Made by a program: the position numbers and the translations under genes | Part shown: piece after piece, positions 32,767 to 41,395 of the stretch | How positions within the stretch are numbered: position 1 is the first letter of the stretch | Layout: each line of letters starts with the position of its first letter | Assembly (NCBI GenBank): GCA_965238175.1 | Contig: CBDEGZ010000003.1 | Location: forward strand, 3,268,876-3,332,875 | Length of the DNA: 64,000 bases | Reading direction: 5' to 3' | Source of the DNA: Gammaproteobacteria bacterium | Lineage (GTDB): Bacteria > Pseudomonadota > Gammaproteobacteria > CAJXQU01 | Notes under the pieces: model-generated | Told to the model about the DNA's origin: nothing | What the model saw: the letters and a program-made list of their open reading frames with translations, nothing else | Databases searched by the model: none

Positions 32767-34026
32767 CTAGTTTTTTATCCACGCATCTATCCATGCGATT
32801 CCTGTCCCTGGCGCGTAATACGTATCCCATCCATTACACCAACCTGAATTTGGAAAAGGGCGGCATTGATAGATACTGCCATCACTACCTAAAACTACCG
32901 TACCAGGTCCATAACTGCCCAAACCATTAGGATACACATACTCCACCTCAAGATTACCGCCGCCGCCAGGTCCAGGTCCATCTTCATCAGGTGTCTGCAC
33001 AATCAGTATGCTGGCTAGGTCTGTAGCATGTCCATTACTGACCTCAACCTCAAAACGATAGCGTGTTTCCTCTGCAACTGACGGTAGCGAAACTCGCGCA
33101 TACTCACTACTAGGGTTAACAATGCCTACTTGAGGGCCTTCAGTCTGGCTCCATTGGTAACTTAAACTTAAACCAGAATTATCATTCGGATCCGTCGAAC
33201 CACTGGCCGAGAGTGTCACTTCTACTGAACCTACAGGCTCTTTTGGTTGAGCATTTGCATGTGCTTCAGGAGTGAATTCCTCGCTAATAGTGGTTTCTCC
33301 ACCAAAGCTGACATCACTACAATTATAAAAACCCTCTCCTGCTGGATCTTTTCTTTGCCAACGCGTGTATACAATTGCGTCACCACTCACGCCTGCGGGC
33401 AAAGGTAAATCAATCAAAAAGTAGTTACCACTTGACTCAGTGGTTGGATATACATCATCTATTCGATAAAACATCTCCAGATCATCCCACCCAAGTACGT
33501 CTGTGGCTGGATTAAACTCTGGCTTCGAAACAAAAAACTCAAAGAAATTAGGATAGTGTGCTGCGGTTACACGGAATCGATATTGAATAGTGCTACCCGC
33601 TACCAAGTCTGTACGCTGCCAATGAGCCGAAGGTATATCTAACCCACTCTTCTGAGGATCGCCTCCCGCACAAAGTAAGCCGTCTTTTATATACTCTCGT
33701 ACTACACTATGTTCTTCGTAATCGGGTGCTGGAACCAACGTTGCTAGCTCATTCTTCTGTACAAAGGGGATAACTCCAGACTCTAGAAAAACATTTCGAC
33801 AAGCCCCATTGGAGATCCCGGCGCCATCACTGGGCCACCAATATCCACCTTGCTCGTCACAAATTACCTGCCTGGCTTTAGGATAAGTGACATATCCATG
33901 CGAAAATGCAGTTTTACTCCAAGATAATGTGACTAGTATAGTCACAACTACCAAACAAAATAATCGTGAAAACGCTAATCGATTATGGGTTGTTGCCAGT
34001 TTATTACTATTTTCATTACTGATCAT
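32767..34026 (-). CDS. Secreted AA10 lytic polysaccharide monooxygenase, GbpA-like (LPMO10 + PKD/Ig-like domain + CBM73-like module)
   Basis: Signal peptide ending TAFS|HGYVTYPKARQVIC (His1), TAAH second His, WQR.DPAGEGFYNCSDV; LSASGSTDP...YQWSQTEGP PKD-like domain; C-terminal YVYPNG...IYQCRPFPNSGWC...PGTGIAWIDAW. Confidence 0.92.
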   Translation of the reverse strand: MISNENSNKLATTHNRLAFSRLFCLVVVTILVTLSWSKTAFSHGYVTYPKARQVICDEQGGYWWPSDGAGISNGACRNVFLESGVIPFVQKNELATLVPAPDYEEHSVVREYIKDGLLCAGGDPQKSGLDIPSAHWQRTDLVAGSTIQYRFRVTAAHYPNFFEFFVSKPEFNPATDVLGWDDLEMFYRIDDVYPTTESSGNYFLIDLPLPAGVSGDAIVYTRWQRKDPAGEGFYNCSDVSFGGETTISEEFTPEAHANAQPKEPVGSVEVTLSASGSTDPNDNSGLSLSYQWSQTEGPQVGIVNPSSEYARVSLPSVAEETRYRFEVEVSNGHATDLASILIVQTPDEDGPGPGGGGNLEVEYVYPNGLGSYGPGTVVLGSDGSIYQCRPFPNSGWCNGWDTYYAPGTGIAWIDAWIKN

Positions 34027-34071
34027 GATGATATCCTTATCCTCATTTATAAATAAAATTATTAAACACCA

Positions 34072-35321
34072 AAGATGCCTTTTTGCAAAACAACAAATTG
34101 CCGCTCAAGTTGTGTCTGCTCGTCCTTACAGTGTTGATACAGTTACTTCTAGTCAGCACTACTACTTATCCAATATCCTTAGTTTTCTGTACTTCAAATT
34201 TGTTCTAAACTCAAAGCAACAGGAAACATGTACATTTAATTTTCGCTACTTTCTTCCTCCTTAACTCGACCAATGTTCAAACTTCATCTTTATCGACCAA
34301 TACTCAAAAAACTTTAGAAACTCAGAAAAAGATCCAACCAAACTGCCTGAAGTCTAATATTTGCCATTCACAATAACTGCAAGGACACCGCGAATACCAT
34401 AGGCTCTGCTCAAACGCATCGCCTGCTTGACTTTGACTTTCAACAGAAAATGTATTGTAGGCCTTACGAAATGCATCGCCATCAACCCGTCAACTCATCG
34501 ACAAAATCAAGTATCGCTTTATCCGAAGATATTTTTCGCCCATCCTGGTGCATAGCATTGAATAAGGGGATATGGATTTTATCTAAAACGCCGAGTTTTT
34601 GGGCTGTATAGAAAGCTTTTGCATGAGATACCCAGTTTTGCCTGAACACTCCAGGCATGCAGATCAGGTTCAAAGTGATAACAATGTGGGTAGCCATACC
34701 AAAAGATTTCCAACACTTCTACTTTATCGCCTGATTGAGTCGGCTGCGCTGGCGTCACCAACTCATAATTATGACTAGCGAGTAGAGTCACACCCTCTGC
34801 TCAACAGCGGAAGTGATGAGTGTTTTTCATCGATTACCCTCAATTTATTAAAAAAAATATAATAAGTAATACCCGCATGCAGCGCAAACGTAAAATAGCA
34901 TTGATGGATGAAAAGTTGCTGTCAGAGATTATTGAAGGTATTTAAAATGCTCTTGTCCTGCAAGATTTAAGTCTCCACAATCCCAAATTCTGGAGAATCT
35001 CAATGCTTCCGTGTACCTTATGGGGGAGTTCCATTTGCTTGGGGGGTAAATGACAAATCTGCTTAGTCCACTACTATTAGAAGCGCTAATGGTATTTCTA
35101 CTCGTTCTCATTCTTTGGCTGGTTTTTAGATCGATACAACAACTTCGCGATCATGATCGATTATTGCGTATCGACACCCATATGGACGACCTGCAAAATC
35201 ATCTCGATTCACTTGAACAATTAATGATCCGCCTGCAGACCGATCAAATTCAGGCCTCAAGCGTGACTCGAGAACAAATGATGGATCGCCTGGCCGATAG
35301 CAATGTAAGGCTACAAGGATC
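34072..35321. repeat. Direct repeat copy B
   Basis: Second copy of 31484-32622; carries a decayed DGC 5' fragment with stop codons and continues into intact rmuC. Confidence 0.92.
34354..34830 (-). pseudogene. dsbA: dsbA pseudogene, copy B
   Basis: Same shared lesions as copy A; active site mutated to YPHC; retains the AFRKAYNTFSV segment deleted in copy A. Confidence 0.85.
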
Positions 35322-36411
35322 ACTTTCAATGCTTCGAGAACAGATCGGCAAAAATTTCTCAAAACAACACACCCAATTTGAACAACGCCAAAACGAATCC
35401 AGCAATGTGCTCAATGAAAACTTGTGGAAAAACATGCAAACCGTACAAACTCAACTCACTGCGACACTCACCCAGAATACCCAAGAATTAGGGCAACGAT
35501 TTGAACATTTAACCAAGCAAACAGATCAGCGACTTGCCAACATTAGCGATCAAGTTGATAAGCGACTTGCGGATGGGTTCGAAAAAACCACCGCAACATT
35601 TTCTGACGTGATCAAACGTCTTGCACTGATCGATGAGGCACAAAAAAAGATCACCGAATTGTCTAGCAATGTCATCACCTTGCAGGAAATTCTCGCCGAC
35701 AAACGCAGTCGTGGAGCCTTTGGTGAGGTACAACTAAATTCTCTGATCAAAAATATCCTGCCCGAAAATAGCTTTTCACTACAACATACCCTGAGTAATG
35801 GTATGCGTGTTGATTGCTTGTTGCTACTACCGAAGCCGACAGGCAATGTCGCAGTAGATGCGAAATTCCCATTAGAATCGTTTCGTAAAATGACAGAAAT
35901 CGAGTCATCTAACAGCGATAGACAGCAAGCTTCAAAACAATTTAAACTCGACATTCGCAAGCATATTAAGGACATTTCTTCTAAATACATACTCGAAAAT
36001 GAAACCTCCAGTGGCGCGATGATGTTTATTCCCGCTGAAGCTGTTTTTGCCGAAATTCAGTCACGGCATCCTGATCTTGTGGAACTGGCACAGCATTCGC
36101 ATGTCTGGATGGTGTCACCAACCACTCTGTGGGCGATTTTAAATACCGCAAGGGCTGTACTGAAAGATGCAGCTACGCGGGAACAAGTCGATCTCATACA
36201 AGATCATTTAAGGTTGTTGGCTGAAGATTTTGATCGCTTCAAGAAACGAATGGATGGACTAGCAAGACATATTGAACAAGCCCACGAAGGTGTCCAACAA
36301 GTCAATACGTCAGCCCGGAAGATAACCGCACGATTTGATCAAATCGAACGTGTCGAGCTAGATGAACTTTCTACCGAACAAAATGATCAAACAAATGAAG
36401 ATGAAAAATAA
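35050..36411 (+). CDS. rmuC: DNA recombination protein RmuC
   Basis: N-terminal TM, coiled coil, RGAFGEVQL, VDAKFPL, MFIPAEAVF, VSPTTL. Confidence 0.95.
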   Translation: MTNLLSPLLLEALMVFLLVLILWLVFRSIQQLRDHDRLLRIDTHMDDLQNHLDSLEQLMIRLQTDQIQASSVTREQMMDRLADSNVRLQGSLSMLREQIGKNFSKQHTQFEQRQNESSNVLNENLWKNMQTVQTQLTATLTQNTQELGQRFEHLTKQTDQRLANISDQVDKRLADGFEKTTATFSDVIKRLALIDEAQKKITELSSNVITLQEILADKRSRGAFGEVQLNSLIKNILPENSFSLQHTLSNGMRVDCLLLLPKPTGNVAVDAKFPLESFRKMTEIESSNSDRQQASKQFKLDIRKHIKDISSKYILENETSSGAMMFIPAEAVFAEIQSRHPDLVELAQHSHVWMVSPTTLWAILNTARAVLKDAATREQVDLIQDHLRLLAEDFDRFKKRMDGLARHIEQAHEGVQQVNTSARKITARFDQIERVELDELSTEQNDQTNEDEK

Positions 36412-36518
36412 CTAATGTTTTTCATATAATTATATTACAATACTAAGAATTAAGACTAACTTTTAGATCACATGTCCTTCGAAGATAAAACATTCTTAGT
36501 ATCGGTGGAAACTGGGTA

Positions 36519-37340
36519 ATGAACGAATTAACCACTGTCATTTTTGATATGGACGGTACCTTAGCGGACACTGAAGAGGTTCATCGCCTGGCGTTCAACC
36601 TCGCCTTTGATGACTTCAGTCTTGACTGGCATTGGTCACGTCAAGAGTATGCCGAACTACTGGTTATCTCCGGTGGTAAAGAACGCATGCGCCAATACGC
36701 AATTGATCACAAAGATTTTAAAATGCCCCCTGATATTGATGAATATGTGGCCGGCATCCATAAACTAAAAACCCGTCATTACGCACGCATGTTAGTCGAA
36801 GGACATGTAACGTTGCGACCCGGCGTCAGACGTATTATCGACGAATGTCGAAATGCAGGGATCAGAATGGCCATTGCCACGTCTTCACAGCTCAGTAATG
36901 TAACGACCTTGTTAAACAACAATCTTCCTATTGACTGGCCTGACTGGTTCGAATTAATTGCAAGCTGCGATATTGTTGAAGCCAAAAAACCCTCACCGGC
37001 GGTTTATCAATACGTACTAGAAAAACTGAATGTATCTCCAAGAGAATGCCTAGCGCTTGAAGACACCCGGAATGGTTTTCTATCGGGTCAGGCGGCGTGT
37101 ATCAACACCGTTATCACAACGCATTATTTTACTCGAGATAACGATTTTGAAGGTGCCCCGCTAATCGTTGATAGTCTCGGTGATCCAAATACGGATGAAC
37201 CAATAGAAATTTCAGGTGGAAGCCCTGATCTCGTCGATCAATTATCACGCGCTGGAACAAGCTATATCGATCTAGATATATTCAAACAGATCGTTTCCGA
37301 CACCAACAACCATACTCTCGATGCGGAACAATACGTTTGA
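36519..37340 (+). CDS. HAD-IA hydrolase, CbbY-like
   Basis: FDMDGTLADTEEVHR.AFN.AF, WHWS...Y..LL...GGKERM, LRPGV, KKPSPAVY, EDTRNG. Confidence 0.85.
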   Translation: MNELTTVIFDMDGTLADTEEVHRLAFNLAFDDFSLDWHWSRQEYAELLVISGGKERMRQYAIDHKDFKMPPDIDEYVAGIHKLKTRHYARMLVEGHVTLRPGVRRIIDECRNAGIRMAIATSSQLSNVTTLLNNNLPIDWPDWFELIASCDIVEAKKPSPAVYQYVLEKLNVSPRECLALEDTRNGFLSGQAACINTVITTHYFTRDNDFEGAPLIVDSLGDPNTDEPIEISGGSPDLVDQLSRAGTSYIDLDIFKQIVSDTNNHTLDAEQYV

Positions 37341-37652
37341 GGGTCTGAGTAGTCAGAACGTTTTATTCTTAAGTTCGACTACTTTCATACTCATCAATTA
37401 GACGCTTTGCATAGTTCAAGGCTGTCCACTACATGATTTTCAGCTGCTTTCAGTTACTGAATCTACCCAACAAAATAAGAATTTTCTGAAACTATTAATA
37501 TAGCTATTAAAATAGCAACGTGAACACCTTGGATATATAATCGTCATGCTCAAAAGATGATCTATCTGATTGAAGTTAACACGAAATTCACCATGATTCA
37601 CTTTCATCATCTATAGCTGTATATTGGACAAGATGTCCCTTAGACCCTAGTT

Positions 37653-38087
37653 ATGTATAAAAACATTATGCATGAATTTAAAAATAAGGAAGTTGAAGAA
37701 GTATTTAATAATTACCCGCAAGAAATGCGAGAAAAATTAATGCTGCTTCGTAAACTCGTTATAGAAACTGCTTCAAAATCTGAAAGAATCTTTACTTTAG
37801 AGGAAACTCTAAAATGGGGAGAACCAAGCTATATCACAAAAAACGGCAGTACTATCAGAATGGATTGGAAAAAATCAAAACCAGATCAATATGCTCTATA
37901 TTTTAACTGCAAAACAAAGTTAGTAGATACATTTAAAGAACGATATGGAAATAAGTTCAAGTATGAAGATAACAGAGCTATAGTATTTAATAAAAATGAA
38001 GAAATACTCATTAGTGAATTACAAAACTGTATTTTATTGGCGCTCACTTATCATCGTAGAAAGTATCTCCCAATGTTGGGTATATGA
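37653..38087 (+). CDS. DUF1801 (YdhG-like) domain protein
   Basis: EETLKWGEPSY...GSTIRMDWK...YALYFNCKTKLVDTF...NRAI...ALTYH. Confidence 0.82.
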   Translation: MYKNIMHEFKNKEVEEVFNNYPQEMREKLMLLRKLVIETASKSERIFTLEETLKWGEPSYITKNGSTIRMDWKKSKPDQYALYFNCKTKLVDTFKERYGNKFKYEDNRAIVFNKNEEILISELQNCILLALTYHRRKYLPMLGI

Positions 38088-38095
38088 TAAAAAAT

Positions 38096-38158
38096 ACATA
38101 ACAAACAAGTCAAACACGATGCGCAAAAAGCGTGCCCATCTTACCTAAGTCGTTAATA
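38096..38158 (+). other. Degenerate attC site (63 bp)
   Basis: ACATAAC-AAACA-AGTCAAAC...CGCAAAAAGCG...CTTACCT-AAGTC-GTTAATA; R boxes clear, L boxes imperfect. Confidence 0.65.
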
Positions 38159-38160
38159 GG

Positions 38161-38727
38161 TCAATACTCAAACCTCGGATTACCATAAAAATATCTACCC
38201 CGCCAGTGTAAATCCCAATGAGGATCCCAGAATGGATCATAATAGCCTCTTCTGTAGTAAGGAGAGTGTGGGTAAAGATTCTGCGGTGGTTCCCGATACT
38301 CGGCCCATAAATAGGCCGTTTTTGAATTGACCAGAGGGTAAACATACGATTGGTCGCCGATCTTGCCATTTTGACTACCTGCAAGTTCTCCATAAATGGT
38401 GATCAATCTACCTTTGCTATAAATTTCCGAATCAAGAAATTGCTTTACTTTTGCGATAAATCTCCCGCTGGTATTATCATCCTTGATCGGCCTTCCACTA
38501 CTATCTAACGTGCGAGAAACAATCTCTACCCAAGTTTCACTTTCTTTATTTTTGATCGAGGCTATAGAACCACCCCATCGGATTTGTTCGTCTTGGTAGA
38601 CTTCAGGTTTTTGCAAAACATCCAACAACAGTGGGCTATCTTCAATAGGCATTTTAATTTCAACCGGTAAATTGCTGGCACAAGCAGATAAAAATGTCAG
38701 TACGATCAAAAATAATCCTTGTTTCAT
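38161..38727 (-). CDS. slp: Slp family outer-membrane lipoprotein
   Basis: Start MKQGLFLIVLTFLSAC (lipobox), IRWGGSI, GRFIA....FLD...Y..GR.IT..G, YVYPLV. Confidence 0.88.
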   Translation of the reverse strand: MKQGLFLIVLTFLSACASNLPVEIKMPIEDSPLLLDVLQKPEVYQDEQIRWGGSIASIKNKESETWVEIVSRTLDSSGRPIKDDNTSGRFIAKVKQFLDSEIYSKGRLITIYGELAGSQNGKIGDQSYVYPLVNSKTAYLWAEYREPPQNLYPHSPYYRRGYYDPFWDPHWDLHWRGRYFYGNPRFEY

Positions 38728-38832
38728 GTTTGTTTCCTCATATTTCACAACCATGCTTGTTGAGATCACCAGGTCGATTTTTTCGATACTCTGTTATAGT
38801 AACTGGGACTTCAACGAGAAACGTATGGTTCC

Positions 38833-39780
38833 ATGACACTCACAGAATTACGCTACATTGTTACTGTTGGTCGAACCCTTCATTTTGGGCGGGCAGCGGA
38901 AGCCTGTTTCGTCAGTCAACCAACCTTGAGTATTGCAATAAAAAAGCTTGAGGAAGAATTAGGCGTGATCTTGTTTGAACGTGGTATGAACGAAATCCGG
39001 CCAACACCTGTTGGATTTAAAGTTATAGATCAAGCTCAGCAAGTTCTTGCGCAAGCGGAGCAAATTCGCCAACTGGCTAATGAAGGGAAAGAGCAGCTTA
39101 ACGAACCACTCCGACTAGGTGTTATTTACACAATTGGCCCATATCTTCTACCACATTTGATTCCAGTTTTGAATCAACTAGCACCGGACATGCCATTAAT
39201 TATTCGTGAAGATTTTACTGAGAACTTACGTGTGTCTTTGAAAAATGGCGAGATTGATGTCGCTATCCTTTCATTACCGTTTACAGAGCCTGGCTTGAAA
39301 ACCCACTTGCTGTATCAAGAACCTTTCATGTTGGCGCTTCCTTCAAAACACCGCTGGGTGAAACGAAAGAACATCCACCCTGGAGAACTGAGCGAAGAAA
39401 CCTTATTACTGTTAGGCGCTGGTAACTGTTTCAGAGAGCAAGTGGTTGCTGCTTGCCCTGATTGTATTACTGCTTCTGATCCACAAAAAAATAGCATGCA
39501 AAAAACACTGGAAGGAAGCTCTTTGGAAACCATGCGGCAAATGGCGGCTTCCGGTGTAGGGATTACAGTTTTACCTTGCACCTCAGCAGCCAAAGGTATG
39601 GATTTAAATGGATTAATAAAGATCAAACCTTTTTCAGATCCTGTTCCCAGTCGTGATATCGTTCTGACTTGGCGAAATAGCTTTCCAAGAAAAGAAGCTA
39701 TCAACATACTCAATCAGGCCGTACAGAAAATGTCTCTCTCTGGAATAACAAAATCTGCTGAGAATCTTGGCGAAAATTGA
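38833..39780 (+). CDS. oxyR: Hydrogen-peroxide-inducible LysR regulator
   Basis: HFGRAAEACFVSQPTLS, IYTIGPYLLP, GNCFREQV..AC redox cysteine pair, SSLETMRQMAASG. Confidence 0.9.
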   Translation: MTLTELRYIVTVGRTLHFGRAAEACFVSQPTLSIAIKKLEEELGVILFERGMNEIRPTPVGFKVIDQAQQVLAQAEQIRQLANEGKEQLNEPLRLGVIYTIGPYLLPHLIPVLNQLAPDMPLIIREDFTENLRVSLKNGEIDVAILSLPFTEPGLKTHLLYQEPFMLALPSKHRWVKRKNIHPGELSEETLLLLGAGNCFREQVVAACPDCITASDPQKNSMQKTLEGSSLETMRQMAASGVGITVLPCTSAAKGMDLNGLIKIKPFSDPVPSRDIVLTWRNSFPRKEAINILNQAVQKMSLSGITKSAENLGEN

Positions 39781-39800
39781 TCATCCACCACAGAACACAT

Positions 39801-41270
39801 TTATTTAATAACTATATACGCCGCCTGATTTCCTCTACGAACCCTGAATAGCATCCGTTCATTATTCGCTGAATTAACAACCTGCAAAAAGCCGTCTAAA
39901 TCTTCAATTACTGTCCGATTTACCGAGGTAATGATATCTCCATCACGTAAGCCTGCAACCCAAAGTGGACTACTCTGTTCTACTTCGAACAATACAACGC
40001 CTTTGAGTCTTCCAAATACTGGTGAATTTTTTGGAATATCTCCAAAAGTCGCTCCTGCAAGACGCGGATTTTTCAGTGTGGATTTACTTCCAAGATCTTT
40101 AATATCTGCAACGGTCGCAAACAATTTAAGCTCCTTATTGTTTCGAACCACGGTGAATTCAACCTTTTCACCCACTCGCAATAAACCAATTCGCGTACGT
40201 ACATCACTCGAACTTTTTATCTGCTTACCATTGACTTTAGTTATGACATCTCCAGCTTGGAGATCTGCTTTTTCTGCAGGAGAACCGGGGGCAATATCCA
40301 CAACCACAGCACCAGTTCGTTGATCAATACCAAATGCATCGGCCAAATCTGGATCTAAGTCTTGTGTTTGTGCACCGATCAAACCTCGGTGCACTTCACC
40401 GTGCTCGACAAGTTGTTCGGTAACCATATTGACCATGTTGATTGGAATCGCAAATCCAATCCCGACATTACCACCACTTTGCGAAAAAATTGCTGTATTA
40501 ATCCCAACCAATTCTCCACGCAGATTAACTAACGCTCCACCAGAATTGCCTGGATTAATCGACGCGTCAGTTTGAATAAAGTCCTCATAACCTTCTATAC
40601 CCAACCCAGTTCGGCCCAATGCACTGACAATCCCCGAGGTTACGGTTTGCCCTAAACCAAATGGGTTTCCAATCGCAACAACAAAGTCACCAACGCGCAA
40701 CTCATCAGAATCGGCCCGCTTAACAGCGATTAAATGCTCCGCAGGTATTTTGATCACTGCGACATCGGTTTCTGGATCTGATCCAATAATCTCAGCTTGA
40801 AACTTCCGACCATCTCTGAGTTTCACCGTAATTTGGTGTGCATTTGCGATCACATGATTATTCGTCACGACAAGGCCTCGTTCGGCATCAATAATCACAC
40901 CTGTTCCGAGACTCTGTGTTTTACGTTCACGGGGTTGCTCTGGGATGTTGAAAAAACGTCTGAAAAAAGGGTCATTCAACAATGGGTTTTGTCTGATCTG
41001 TACCCTGCCTTCCGTTGCAATATTTACAACCGCAGGCGTAACACTTTCAACCATCGGCGCCAGACTTGGGAGCATTTGTCCACCCACCTCTGATGGCAAT
41101 CCAGCTGTTACTGCTGGAATAAACGTCATTACCAAAATGACTAAAAACACTATTCTTGACACAAAATAATCTACCCTTTGAGTTTTGAGTTCTAAAAACA
41201 TTAAATTCTCCGACATCTTATAAGCCCATAACCCGACCATTCTACCTTTATGAAGTTCCCTACGCACCAA
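39801..41270 (-). CDS. degQ: DegQ/DegP periplasmic serine protease
   Basis: LPSLAPM, TNNHV, DVAVI, GNSGGAL, two PDZ domains; real start probably downstream of 41270. Confidence 0.92.
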   Translation of the reverse strand: MVRRELHKGRMVGLWAYKMSENLMFLELKTQRVDYFVSRIVFLVILVMTFIPAVTAGLPSEVGGQMLPSLAPMVESVTPAVVNIATEGRVQIRQNPLLNDPFFRRFFNIPEQPRERKTQSLGTGVIIDAERGLVVTNNHVIANAHQITVKLRDGRKFQAEIIGSDPETDVAVIKIPAEHLIAVKRADSDELRVGDFVVAIGNPFGLGQTVTSGIVSALGRTGLGIEGYEDFIQTDASINPGNSGGALVNLRGELVGINTAIFSQSGGNVGIGFAIPINMVNMVTEQLVEHGEVHRGLIGAQTQDLDPDLADAFGIDQRTGAVVVDIAPGSPAEKADLQAGDVITKVNGKQIKSSSDVRTRIGLLRVGEKVEFTVVRNNKELKLFATVADIKDLGSKSTLKNPRLAGATFGDIPKNSPVFGRLKGVVLFEVEQSSPLWVAGLRDGDIITSVNRTVIEDLDGFLQVVNSANNERMLFRVRRGNQAAYIVIK

Positions 41271-41395
41271 TCTAAACCATTTAAGCTAAACATTTTACAT
41301 TATCGGCCGAAAAGACTAATTAAGCCCTATGAGGGTTGGATGCCAAACTTTTAACGAAGCAACTCATTCTTTAAAAATCAAGGACGATATAACTG

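Larger units (their letters stand above)
37650..38158 (+). mobile_element. Orphan integron-type gene cassette
   Basis: Starts with core GTTATGT (37650-37656), the exact complement of ACATAAC (38096-38102) opening an attC-like site that ends at GTTAATA (38152-38158); single AT-rich ORF inside; no integrase in the window. Confidence 0.7.

Noticed and set aside
33887-34264. 125-aa ORF opposite the LPMO start
   Set aside because: Antisense to the LPMO signal peptide and to the decayed DGC duplicate; no recognisable motifs.
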